Shown one piece after another: positions 51,680 to 63,959 of a DNA stretch of 64,000 bases. The first letter of the stretch is position 1; each line of letters starts with the position of its first letter. The translations under genes were made by a program, and so were the position numbers. The stretch is taken from positions 39,494,001 through 39,558,000 of the forward strand of contig OZ024749.1 of assembly GCA_964016885.1 (NCBI GenBank), read 5' to 3'. The notes below the pieces were generated by a model. That model saw nothing but the letters and a program-made list of their open reading frames with translations, searched no databases and was not told the origin of the DNA. This DNA is from Eledone cirrhosa. Taxonomy: Eukaryota.

Positions 51680-54600
51680 TTATATATATATATATATATA
51701 TATATATGGAGGCACATGGCTTAGTGGTTAGAGCATTAGCCTTGCAATCGAAAGGTTGTGAGTTCAATTCTCAGACCGGGTGATGTGTTGTTTCCTTGAG
51801 CAAGACACTTTATTTCACATTGCTCCAGTTTACTCAGCTGTAAAAATGAGATGATAGGGACTGGGGTCCATATCATTCCACTGCAAAGTGGTCGTGTAGG
51901 TGCCACGGCAAAAAAGCACCCAGCACACACTGTAAATGAGGTTGGTGTTAGGAAGGGCATCCAGCTGTAGAAATCAAGCCAAAATCAGTTACCGTCCCAC
52001 CCTTGCAAGCAGGGAAAAAGCGGACGTAAAATGAAATGATGATGATGATATATATACACACACACACGGTAAACATACCATCTCATTTCATACGCAGATT
52101 GTATTAGATTGATTCCCTCGTTTACTCTCTTTCTATCCATACAAGTTCATTTCTCTTGATGCCAATACACCTTGGAATTCCCTTCATGTTTCAGTTGTAA
52201 TCCTGCTTAAGTCTAACCATGACCATCCTTACAGATGTTATTTTGTAAAGTATATTGAATAAAATAAGTAATAAACCTTTCAAATCTAAAATAAAAGATC
52301 ACATTAACTCTTTAGCATTTACAATACTCTATATATACTATTATATTTTCACAGTAAAGGCTTTATCTCACATAATATTGAATCTATGAGCTTTTGACAT
52401 TATCTATTTTGAGAGTAATACCTTAACATCAGTATGAGTGACCAGTTATAGCCAGTTTGAACAGAACAAGGTGAGAGAATTCTGACTGGATACAACTGGT
52501 TTAAATGCTAAATGCTATATTATTTAGAATTAATGCTGCTCTCACACTTATGAATAAATGTAAATATCTGGTTAAAAATACTTTAGTATTTGTTCTAGCT
52601 CACTGCACTCTGAGTTGAAATCCCACTCAGATGAACTTTGCCTTTCATCTTTTCAAGATCGATAAATAAAATATCGGTCAAGTACTGGGGTTGTTCCGTC
52701 CTCTATCTCTCTCTGGAAGAAATCAACTACTCCAACCCGAAGAGGAATGTACTCTGCCAGGTTTAAAAGGCCCAAGACATGCCATGTGTCCGAGTAGTAC
52801 TCCTACGATTTCAACAAGAGTTAAGGACTCTTCTCTCCTTCTTTTAACGACCACAGCGTACTGGACTCAGCAGCAACACTGTGTCCTTACGAAAGTCTAG
52901 TCTTGTCTAGTCTCTATCTTAAACTAGAAGGCTCATTAGGCCGGTGCTTATCCCGGTTTCATGAAGCAACTGAGAGTACAAGACTCCCCTCTGGATAGGA
53001 TGCTAGTCCATCGCAGGATTAAACCCCCCATCTATTGCTGGCACTCATTTTCAGCTGAGTATACTGGAGCAACATGAAATGAAGTGTTTTGCTCAAGAAC
53101 ACAACACGCAACCCAACCCAGGAATCGAACCTACCGCATTATGATCATAAGTCTACTCCTCTTGTCAACCATAATAACCTTGCTCCTTATTCTTTATTTC
53201 AGAGTTTGGTAACATAAAAAAAACAATTTGATATTTGTGTTATGTTTCATAAAAGATTTAACCCCTTAGCATTTAAACCGGCCATATCCTTCTGTTCAAA
53301 CTGGCCGTAACTGGTTGTTCATACTGACATTAAGGTATTGTTCTCAAAATAAATAATATCAAAATCTTGTAGATTCAATGTTATGTAAGATAAAGCCTTT
53401 ACCATAAAAATGCAATAATATATATAGAGTAAAGGGTTAATAGTTCATCTCAGTGTCTTTAGGGTGTTGTGAGAGAGAACTAGCATCAATCCCGGGCCTC
53501 CTCCATTATTTTAAGATATAACTTACATTGACTATCTTATTCATTAAAGTATCGGTAGAGCGTTGGACAATATGCTTTGCAGCATAGAGTACGGCCCTTT
53601 ATGTTCTGTGTTCAAATCCCTCTCATCCTTACAGGGTTGATAAAATAAGTACCTGTAAATCACTGGGGTCAATTTAATCGATCCCCCCCATTATCTCTAT
53701 TATCTCATATAATGTTGAATCTATGAGATTTTGAGAACAGTACCTTAACATCAGCCAGTTTGAACAGAAAGAAGTGAGGGAATTCTGGCTGGATATGGCC
53801 GGTTTAAATGCTAAGGGTTAAATTAGAACATATTACAGAATATTAGAAAACATCAAACCATTTCAAACTTGACTGACTTTACAATGTTATTTGTGTTTTT
53901 TTTTTATTTTATCAGTTTTTGTATATTTTAAGCCATATTTCTAGAATATCTACATTACATACATTCATGTGTGTTTAAATATCTACATTACATCACTCAT
54001 ATGTGGTTATATATATCTACATTATATCACGTGTGTGTTTAAATATCTACATTACATCACACACATGTGGTTATATATCTACATTATATCACATGTGTGT
54101 TTAAATATGTACATTACATCACTCATATGTGGTTATATATATCTACATTATATCACATGCGTGTTTAAATATCTACATTACATCACACACATGTGGTTAT
54201 ATATCTACATTATATCACATGTGTGTTTAAATATCTACATTACATCACACACATGTGGTTATATATTTACATTATATCACATGTGCGTTTAAATATCTAC
54301 ATTACATCACACACGTGGTTATATATCTACATTATATCACATGTGTGTTTAAATATCTACATTACATCACACACATGTGGTTATATATCTACATTATATC
54401 ACATGTGTGTTTAAATATCTACATTACATCACACACATGTGGTTATATATTTACATTATATCACATGTGTGTTTAAATATCTATATTACATCACACACAT
54501 GTGGTTATATATTTACATTATATCATATACATGTGGTTGAAGATCTGTGTTACCTCACATGCGTATTTAAATCTACATTACCTTATACATCTACATTACA

Positions 54601-55049
54601 TTACATGTGGTTATATATCTACATGACATTACACACATGTGGTTATCTAGTTGTTCTTCTGGGGGAAGTATTTACCCAAAGGTGGTTTTTTGTAAGGGTT
54701 ATATTGATATCTCTCTCTCTTGCTATATATATCATCATCATCATCATCATTTCATTTTACGTCCACTTTTCCCTGCTTGCAAGGGTGGGACGGGAACTGA
54801 TTCTGGCTTGATTTCTACAGCTGGATGCCCTTCCTAACACCAACCTCATTTACAGTGAGTGCTGGGTGCTTTTTCGTGGCGCCTACACATCCACTTTACA
54901 GTGTGGGCTGGGTGCTTTTTTGCCGTGGCACCTCCACGAACACCTTGCAGTGGGGGCATATTGTCTATATGCTTCAGCTTGTACCCATGGGAGGTCGGGT
55001 ACTCTGTATTGTGTCTGTATCTATTTACCCATCTCTATCCAACTATATA

Positions 55050-55080
<31 letters not shown>

Positions 55081-55555
55081 GTATCTCTCTATCTCTATGC
55101 AGGCCTACTCTTCAACATTTAGTGCCAGCACTGAGGACCAACAATACAGACAACTCTACTATCCTGCTGAGGACTACCGAAGTGTGGATACTCAAGTGAG
55201 TGTCGCCCCGGGAGGTCACCTGACGGGAGCTGTTGGCACCAACATTAAAATAACCCATTCAGCGGCCACAAACGTTTCTACCAATAGCAACTACTTCAAG
55301 CAAACATCGTTGGCTCCGATTCGAGAGGAAAGTGGCTCCGTGTCTGTTGGTTCGCTCACTGCTACGCAAGCTCATTCGATCAACAACACTCCCGCCCAGG
55401 CTCCGGTAACTTCTCAGCAACAAGACATGCCCCCACCACCACCACCACCGCCACCACCACAACAACAACAACAACAGCAGCAACAACCACCACCACAACA
55501 ACCACAACAACAACAACCAACACAGAGCCAGCAACAGCATCTTCGGAAGCAACAA

Positions 55556-55586
<31 letters not shown>

Positions 55587-55618
55587 AGCAGCAGCGTAGA
55601 GACAAAGCATTTGTGTGA
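35548..55618 (+). CDS. Spliced gene, 10 coding exons (~478 aa): uncharacterised seven-transmembrane protein with polyP/polyQ C-terminal tail
   Basis: Exons 35548-35699, 36200-36337, 37045-37185, 38305-38402, 38801-38942, 39995-40059, 40608-40642, 41521-41565, 42355-42459 and 55103-55618. All have pyrimidine-tract AG acceptors, the first nine end in GTAAG donors, and they join in phase (1437 nt including stop) with no internal stop. Seven hydrophobic segments are seen by eye. Confidence 0.88.
36200..36337 (+). CDS. 7TM gene exon 2 (NGVLGALASITALLCLLKILRLHWVHHTTWHQYVIFYGAFAECVIG; TM1 and most of TM2)
   Basis: ttctttcag acceptor, GG|gtaagt donor, 138 nt, phase 2-2. Confidence 0.9.
37045..37185 (+). 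CDS. 7TM gene exon 3 (SVHWVMGRLLQLDFVLQYLQLVQFLVLCHWYWALASRALRKETLLR; TM3)
   Basis: tttttcag acceptor, AG|gtaagt donor, 141 nt, phase 2-2. Confidence 0.9.
38305..38402 (+). CDS. 7TM gene exon 4 (CLVPLLALLGIYFTVIAILGIIHIQPSWTECM; TM4)
   Basis: ttttcag acceptor, C|gtaagt donor, 98 nt, phase 2-1. Confidence 0.9.
38801..38942 (+). CDS. 7TM gene exon 5 (QPYWLELSVVTVLFVQLLVVSGIFITRRLNEISTLDSLRWSQKRDLW; TM5)
   Basis: ccttttcag acceptor, TG|gtaagt donor, 142 nt, phase 1-2. Confidence 0.9.
39995..40059 (+). CDS. 7TM gene exon 6 (CLIAVFETSACVTLFYDLAVQI; TM6)
   Basis: tttttattccag acceptor, T|gtaagt donor, 65 nt, phase 2-1. Confidence 0.88.
40608..40642 (+). CDS. 7TM gene exon 7 (LGDNQSGCSGVF)
   Basis: ctctttacag acceptor, TTT|gtaagt donor, 35 nt, phase 1-0. 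Confidence 0.85.
41521..41565 (+). CDS. 7TM gene exon 8 (LHTQELFSPIFLSFM)
   Basis: ttattttcag acceptor, ATG|gtaaga donor, 45 nt, phase 0-0. Confidence 0.85.
42355..42459 (+). CDS. 7TM gene exon 9 (VLKLLLPIWVMMFVFHPLPPAGDQEDLIPAFSEDG; end of TM7)
   Basis: cttgacag acceptor, GGA|gtaagt donor, 105 nt, phase 0-0. Confidence 0.88.
42496..42709. mobile_element. Second TTAA-flanked MITE family (TIR ctcttaacatc)
   Basis: ttaa|ctcttaacatc...gatgttaagag|ttaa; longer relative with an internal duplication at ~48326-48668. Confidence 0.7.
49380..50190 (+). mobile_element. Tx1/L1-clade LINE 3' fragment, decayed
   Basis: CCHC-like RCxQG.DxSILHALVECP near 49595-49651; LISFFKLHLKREIRVERKVLLSKQFVERW...VNGPALSMHL* ends at 49941; T-rich 3' UTR. 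Confidence 0.7.
53948..54650. repeat. ~62-bp tandem repeat (dimer of ~31-bp subunits)
   Basis: atctacattacatcacacacatgtggttatatatctacattatatcacatgtgtgtttaaat. Confidence 0.93.
55103..55618 (+). CDS. 7TM gene last coding exon (AYSSTFSASTEDQQYRQLYYPAEDY...polyP/polyQ...RRDKAFV*)
   Basis: ctctatgcag acceptor at 55102, phase 0, in frame with track ORF 54866..55618; non-repetitive Ser/Thr-rich sequence precedes the polyQ. Confidence 0.8.
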
Positions 55619-56962
55619 GCTGTTTATATATAATATTTTTCATATGGATTAGGAAGGAACAGTACTAAGAAAAAAAATTAGCTTTACCTGCAACTAGAAA
55701 TATACATTCAAAAAAAAAAAAAAATTGCTAATTTTTCTTCTATTAGTAATTAACAGTAACGAAGGTGACGATGACATCTCAACATTTTTAATTATCTCTT
55801 TAGTGTATCCCCTTAGTCGGCAGACTAATCCTCACTGATTGTGAAACAAAGGCTGAGGATTGGCAGAATTGTTAGAGCGTCGAACAAAATGCTTTGCAAA
55901 AATTTGTTCGTGACCCTTTACATTCTGAGTTCAAAAATCCCACCGAGGTCAACTTTGCCATTCATTCCACCAGGTCGATAAAATAAAGCACCAGTGATGT
56001 GCTGGGGTAGATTTAATTGACTTTCCCCCCTCACCCGAAAGTTGCTACTGGGACTCATTTAATCGACTTTCCCCTCCTCCCTTGAAAATAACTGGCCTTG
56101 TTCCTAAATTAGAAATCATTATCCTTATTATTATTATTATTATTATGGGTGGTGGATTGGCAGTATCGGTAGAGTGTCAGACACTATGCTTTGCAGCATA
56201 GAGTTATGGCCCTTTACGTTCTGAGTTCAAATCCCACCGAGGTTAGCTTTGCCTTTCATCCTTACGGGGTCGATAAAATAAAGAACAATTAATGTATCGG
56301 GGTCGATTTAATCGACCACCCCCTCTCCCAAAATTGCTGGCCTTGTGCCTATATAAGGAACCATTATTATTATTATTAAGGCATTGAATTGGCAGAATCA
56401 TTAGATCGTCGGACAAATGATTTGTGATATTTGTTTTGTCTTTTTTACATTCTGAGTTCAAATCCCGCCAAGGTTAACTTTGCCTTTCATCGCTCCCTGG
56501 GTCAATAAAATATAGTACCAGTAAAGTATACTGGAAAGGAGGTAGGGGGAGTCGATTTTATTTTAATCGACTTTCCCCTTCGCGCCCCCATCCCCACTGC
56601 AAATTGCTGGCCTTGTGCCTAAATTAGAAACCATTCTGAAACCTGCTCTAAACATAATCAATTGAAATATTACCTTGACTGTATATGTGGACTATTGTAC
56701 AGGAATCCAACCAAGGATTGTCTGTTTATTCCACTAATATTGAGGACCAAAATAAGACTCTACTGCATATTCACCCTATCCCACCGACCATTGCTTTGAG
56801 ACATTGGAGAAAAAGAATCTGCTTGTATGCATACAGTATGTCAGTATATGAAGTGTAATCATTATAATATGGACTGCAGCTGCAAGTCTCACACACACAC
56901 ACACACACACATACATACACTTATGTATGTGTGTGTATATGTATATTTATATATATACACAT

Positions 56963-57017
<55 letters not shown>

Positions 57018-57197
57018 TACACTTATGTATGTGTGTGTGTATATGTATATTTATATATATACACATGCACACACACACACACACATAATTTATTTCAGAT
57101 AGAAATGACTTCTACAACTAGAACTGATACATTCTGTTAAAATCATCAGTAAACACACATATATATATATATACATATATATGTGTATGTGTATATG

Positions 57198-57230
<33 letters not shown>

Positions 57231-57429
57231 ATATATATATATGTGTGTGTATGTATATATATATGTGTGTGTGTATATATATATATATATCCACACACAC
57301 ACCATATATTTGTATGTGTAAAATACAATGTACTGGTGGTTATAATAACAAACAAAATATAATCACATTTCTCACTTATCCCTGTTGAAAAAAAAGATTT
57401 GATTTCTGTGTAAAAAAATACTTGTAATG

Positions 57430-58500
57430 TTTGTTGGCTGGAATATATTCTAGCTATGATATATGTTGGCTGGAATATATTCTAGCTATGATATATGTTG
57501 GCTGGAATATATTCTAGCTATGATATATTCATGTTGGCTGGAACATCTGACTATGATATATTCTAGCTATGATATAGGTTGGCTGGAACATATTCTAACT
57601 GATATATGGTAGTTAGAACAGCTTGCTATGATATAATTTTGCTGGAACATCTAGCTATGATATAGTTTGGCTGGAACATCTTGCTATGATATAGTTTGGC
57701 TGGAACATCTTGCTATGATATAGTTTGACTGGAACATCTAGCTATGATATAGTTTGGCTGGAACATCTTGCTATGATATAGTTTGGCTGGAACATCTTGC
57801 TATGATATAGTTTGGCTGGAACATCTTGCTATGATATAGTTTGGCTGGAACATCTTGCTATGATATAGTTTGACTGGAACATCTAGCTATGATATAGGTT
57901 GGCTGGAACATCTTGCTATGATATAGTTTGGCTGGAACATCTTGCTATGATATAGTTTGACTGGAACATCTAGCTATGATATAGTTTGGCTGGAACATCT
58001 TGCTATGATATAGTTTGGCTGGAACATCTTGCTATGATATAGTTTGACTGGAACATCTAGCTATGATATAGTTTGGCTGGAACATCTAGCTATGATATAG
58101 TTTGGCTGCAACATCTTGCTATGATATAGTTTGACTGGAACATCTAGCTATGATATAGGTTGGCTGGAACATCTTGCTATGATATAGTTTGACTGGAACA
58201 TCTAGCTATGATATAGGTTGGAACATATTCTAACTGGAACATCTAACTATGACATATGGCGGCTAGAACATCTAGCTATGATATATGCTGGAACATCTTC
58301 TAACTATAATATATGTTGGAACATCTAGCTATGATATAGGTTGACTGGAATATCTGGCTATGATATAGGTTGACTAGAACATCTAGCTGGAACATCATCT
58401 ATCTATGATATACTTTGCCTGGAACATCTTCTAGCTATGATACAGGGTGGCTGGAACTTATAGCTAAGACATATGGTGACTAGAACATCTAGCTATGATA
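57430..58500. repeat. 29-bp minisatellite (~35 units, degenerate edges)
   Basis: ggctggaacatcttgctatgatatagttt. Confidence 0.95.
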
Positions 58501-59303
58501 TATATTTATGTCAGCAACTTTAAACCTGATTCCAAAGTTTTTACTAAATGTTAAAATGTATTCTGCATGTGTGCCATGTTTTTATTTCAGGTCATTTCTT
58601 TTATATACAGGTGAAGTGGCAGAGGCGTTAGAGCATCGTGCATTCGTTTTTGCTCCCTCTCTGAGTTCAAATCTCAGTGAGGTCAACTTTGCCTTTTATC
58701 CTTTCTTTCGGGGTTTGATAAATAAAGTACCAACCCATAAGAGGCAGTGGATTGGCAGAATTGTTAAATACAGGAGTCAAACTGGATGCTCTTTTGTGTT
58801 GTCTGATCTGGCTCTGTTGCACATTCTGAGTTCAAATCCCGCTTCCTTCTGCTAGAAGTTGCAACCAGCAGATAATATCAGTAATGGGAAGACCAATGGA
58901 AACATACTTTCCTTGGATTGATCTGACAATTGGCACCTTACTAATGCCAGGAGTTGTGACAGGCAGATTATATCAACAATGGAAAGACCATGGAAAGATA
59001 CTTTCCATGGTTTGATCTGATGATTGATGACTTTCTTTTCTTTTCCTTTCCTTTTTTTTTTTTTGTATACAATTGATCAATGAATTTGTACAGAAGTTGT
59101 TATCTAACAGGAAAACACTAGAGAATGTTCTAGTTTCATTGATACTATGTGTTATCACAGCTGATACATTCCACACCAATTATACACGTTTATTTATTCA
59201 GACAGAATCAAAATATGTAATTTAATTTTACAAAGCACTTCTTTTTTTATTTTTAAACAGTATGTTTTTATTTATTGTTTTCTAAAACTTTATTATTATT
59301 ATT

Positions 59304-59356
<53 letters not shown>

Positions 59357-59360
59357 TTGT

Positions 59361-59401
<41 letters not shown>

Positions 59402-59405
59402 TATG

Positions 59406-59457
<52 letters not shown>

Positions 59458-61344
59458 TGTGTGTATATGTATTGGGTCGTCAAGTATGAAATTTGTAGAA
59501 AAAAAACAAAACAAATCTTTACAAATTTCATACTTGACGACCCAATATATATGTGTATGTGTGTATATATGCATGTGTATGTGTGTGTGTAAACATCAAA
59601 CGATGTTACTGCTGTAACCATATCTTTAATTTATGCATCAGTCAACATGTGGGCTGATTAATCTATCTACTTGTGTGTGTATGCATATTTTAACTGGAGG
59701 CTTTTTTATAAACCAATCAGAAAATTAAATTGTCATTTAATACATATCTAGTAACACACATGCACATATATATGAATGTATGTGTGCGTGCATGCATGTG
59801 TATATATATGTATATACATTTGCAAGTATGTATGTGTATGTGTGTGTATATATATATACACACACATACATATGTATGTGTATATATACACACACACACA
59901 CATATCCAATGGTGGCCTGCATTTTTGCCAAATAACATATCGTTTCAGAGTTTTAACTGAAGCCTGCTGCTTCTGTATTAAAATAGAATGGTAAGTATGT
60001 TTATATATATGTATATAAAGTATATATGGATGTATATATATATATAAAGTATATGTATACAAATTATATATATACATATATATATGTATGTATATCAAGT
60101 ATGTGTATATATATATATATATGGATCTTATCTCGTAGATAACAAAACTAGTGACATTTCTGTTAAAAAATTCATGTAAAAATCAGCAAGTGTTGAGTCC
60201 CCCATTGTAACTCTTTTAATTCATACATATTTGAAACTGTAAAAAATAAAGTCTGTATACATACATATGTATGTATATTTATGTATGTATATATTTGTAG
60301 ATATGTTCTATTGTATATTGTGTGTGTGTTTTACAAGACACACACACAAACACACACACCCGATCAAGTATTAAATCATTTGATCAAACCAAAATACAAA
60401 ACTTTTACATTTTATTTATATTTATGTTATTTAAATGTTTGTTTTCTTCATAGACCTCCTTTTCTCATCCTATCAAACCTTTGCAACAATGTGTGCTTTC
60501 AAAAAAAAAAAAATGAAATAAGCCAAATGCTGTTTTCCCTCACAAACATTCGACGAGTATCAAACATTGTATGAATGTTCAATAATCTCATTCAACTCCT
60601 GATTGTTTCTGAACTTATTCTCAAATAAAAAATATCTGTTAAATGATCAGAGATATCATTTTTCTTCCACAAGACCCTTCCACGTATACTTTTACTCATG
60701 TTTATGACACACATATATGAAGGCGCATGGCTTAGTGGTTAGAGCATTGGGCTTGCAATCGAAAGGGTGTGAGTTCAATTCTCGGACCGGGTGATGTGTT
60801 GTTTCCTTGAGCAAGACACTTTATTTCACATTGCTCCAGTTTACTCAGCTGTAGAAATGAGATGATAGGGACTGGGGTCTCTATCATTCCACTGCAATGT
60901 GGTCGTGGAGGTGCCACGGCAAAAAAGCACCCAGCCCACACTGTAAAGTGGACGTGTAGGCGCCACGGAAAAAAAACACCCGGCACTCACTGTAAATGAG
61001 GTTGGTGTTAGGAAGGGCATCCAGCTGTAGAAATCAAGCCAGAATCAGTTCCTGTATGAGCAAGACAAAGGCAGTCAACCGGACACTGCCCACAACAGGA
61101 GAACCCGTCTAACCCATGCTAGCGTGGAAGAACGGACGTAAAACTATGATGATGATAATGATGATATATATACACACACAGACTGCTGGTGCCACAATAA
61201 AACACACCCAGTACATTCTGTAAGGTGGTTGGCATTAGGAAGGGCATCCAGCTGTAGAAATCATGCCAATATATGAAGTGTATATGAAATAAAGTGTTTA
61301 CCGTGAAAATACAATAGTAAATATAGAGTAAATGCTAAAGGGTG

Positions 61345-61750
61345 TCTTCAGCATTTGTGGGCTCCCATAGTAAAAGCTTTGTAGCAGGTGTGTTGCCTCT
61401 CATGACATGACCTGCAAGTTGAAGACTTAGAGAATTTTGTCTGTAACAGGGTCAAGAGGTTTGATGTTTTTTTTTTTTATTGCATTCATGGTATTGTTAC
61501 CGACCAAAATTCACAAGAAGATTGATTCCACTGTAGTGTTGAATGATCTAACTTTTGTTTTTATGGTTATGTTAGGTTCCCACACCTTATCTAATAAGTT
61601 CAGATTAGACCATACTTGTGCTATCCTGTTGTTTATATCATTTGACAAGTTGGTGTATACGTCAAGGTTTTTGAAATTGTCTACTTTTTCGAGAACAGTA
61701 TTACTTAATGATTTGATGGTCATGTATTTTGTTTTGTTGACATTTAGGAA
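61345..61750 (-). mobile_element. RTE-type LINE fragment
   Basis: LEKVDNFKNL...DINNRIAQVW...IKTKVRSFNTTVESIFL. Confidence 0.75.
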
Positions 61751-61754
61751 GAGT

Positions 61755-62640
61755 TTCTTGGCTTTAGTAAATATCCATGTTTACAGCATTGGAAATGGCT
61801 AACATTGGAGACAAAGTTATCTCTAGACATAACTACAGATATACCAGGTACATTGATGATATTGATATGGAAGAACAGACTGACTTTAAGATCTATAAAA
61901 TAATTCTATACTTAACCACTTTGTTACCATATCTCTAATGAACGACAGTACTAATGATTTTCAAATCTTGTTGAAAATAATCAAGAATTTGGAGGGATTT
62001 ACTAACATAATCAACTTTCTCATGATTAAACTGGTGGCAATTTAAGAAACGGTTCTTGAATAAAATATGATGGATGGTTTTTTTTTTTTAGATAAATAGA
62101 AGACCTGGGTTGAAGTATACAACTAGTATGCACCACTTTCCCCTACCCCAGCCCACACTGTAAAATGGTCGTTTTGGTGACACGTCAAAAAGTGTCTAGT
62201 CCACACTGTAAAGTGGTTGTTTTGGTGCCATGACAAAAAGCGAACTGTCCACACTATAAAGTGGTCATTTTGGTCCACACTGTAAATGTAGTTGGCGTTA
62301 TGAATTGCATTCAGTCATAGAAACTAAGCCAAAATCAGTTCTGTATGAGCAAGACACAGTCATTTGATCAGGCTTGTCTCACAAGACAACTCGTCCAACC
62401 CATGCTGGCATGGAAAATGAATGTTAAACAGTGATGATGATGATGATGATGATAATAAACTCTTAAAAACAGTTTTGTATCATAGAACTAGAGGTGACTT
62501 CAGGAAATATGGTATCAAAAGGTTTAACTTTACAATCCAACATAGTTCTAGCATGAACTCCAATCACATCACCATTCCATTCTTAGATCTAGATGTAGGA
62601 ATAAAGAACACATACAGCATATCAATATACAATATTCACA
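61755..62640 (+). pseudogene. Fossil Penelope-like reverse transcriptase, split by later MITE and SINE insertions
   Basis: RYTRYIDDI at 61837-61863 and FNFTIQ...IPFLDLDV..YSISIY at ~62520-62630, in the order and form of PLE RT motifs. Confidence 0.55.
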
Positions 62641-63858
62641 AAAAAATGAAGGTAGAAGGCTTAGTGGTTAAGGATCTGGAGAAGTTTTAGTTTTCTTTCA
62701 GATAGCAAATGTGATCATCTGCTACTCTTACTACCAACAAGACTTACATTACTTCTATGGTGTTACCAAACTTGCAGGATTTAATGTTTTCAATCAAGCA
62801 ATGAAATCAGAAACTGACTCACCTGGATTTTGACAAAACATAAATATTGAATAGTTCAACATTACAATGCTTCTTTGGTGTAAGTGAGAGTTCTTCATTA
62901 GTTTTATCTTTGAAGCTTTTGGACCTAACTCCTTATAGACTGCAAGACAAGGGGCCCCTTCTCAAGAATATGAATGATTAAAATCAGGATATATGGTAAT
63001 TCTATATATAAACAATACTGTCCAGATATTCACCTACAATCAACTATTGGCCAGTCTCTAATAGGTTTGTGGAGGGTAAGTCAGGTGGAGGAAACTCGTT
63101 TGGATGTCACAACATAATTATCAGATGTACATAGATATACTTCAAATAACAATATTAAGTTTGCCTTAACCCTTTAACATTTAAACCGGCCATATCCGGC
63201 CAGAATTCTTTCACCTCTTTCTGTTCAAACCGGCTGTAACCAGATGCACATACTTATGTTAAGGTATTGTTCTCAAAATAAATAATACCAAAATCTCATA
63301 GATTCGATATTATGTGAGATAATTATGTGACAAAGTGATTACTGTGAAAATACAATAGTAAATATAGAATAATGTAAATGCTAAATGGTTAAATGCATAT
63401 AATGCACAAAAAACTTGTCCTAACATGTATGCATTCCAGTGCCTTGGACGAGATAACTTGTCTTAACATGTTTGAATTCTTTTCCAACAGTTCATAACTT
63501 CAAAGCTAGATGGGGTTACTCATTTATTGATGTGACATTTGTCAATCATTCAGATTGATAAAAAAACCTGGCACAGCAACTAGCTGTGTAAAATCTACAA
63601 GGTAGTCAACAGGTTAAGTATGTAAAATATGCTATAAACAAAATATTTTTAAAACACTTTATTCAAAACGTTAGAAAAACAAACAAAATAAAACTCACAA
63701 TTCAATATTTTAAGCATTTTTAAAATTTCTTTATTGAACATGTGCATGACAATGTTGATGTAGACAAACTAACAAACCAAATAAATTCATAAATTATTTT
63801 CTGTCAACATCAAGTCAGGATTCTATGCAGATTGTAACCTTTATATATATAATATAAA

Positions 63859-63959
63859 CAGGGTGTCCCCCAAAAATGTATACACATTTTGATTACCTGT
63901 ACAGGCAATATTTATTAGAATGCTGTTGAAGTGTATATACAGTTTTGAGAGACACCCTG
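63859..63959. mobile_element. Tc1/mariner-type MITE
   Basis: TIR cagggtgtc...gacaccctg followed by TA; older relative at ~39660-39870. Confidence 0.6.

Noticed and set aside
54866-55102. 5' part of the 250-aa ORF
   Set aside because: Derived from SINE and microsatellite sequence upstream of the acceptor at 55102; intronic
63491-63612. Exon-like segment with a good acceptor near the window end
   Set aside because: Stops in all three frames and no linked exons visible; cannot be supported
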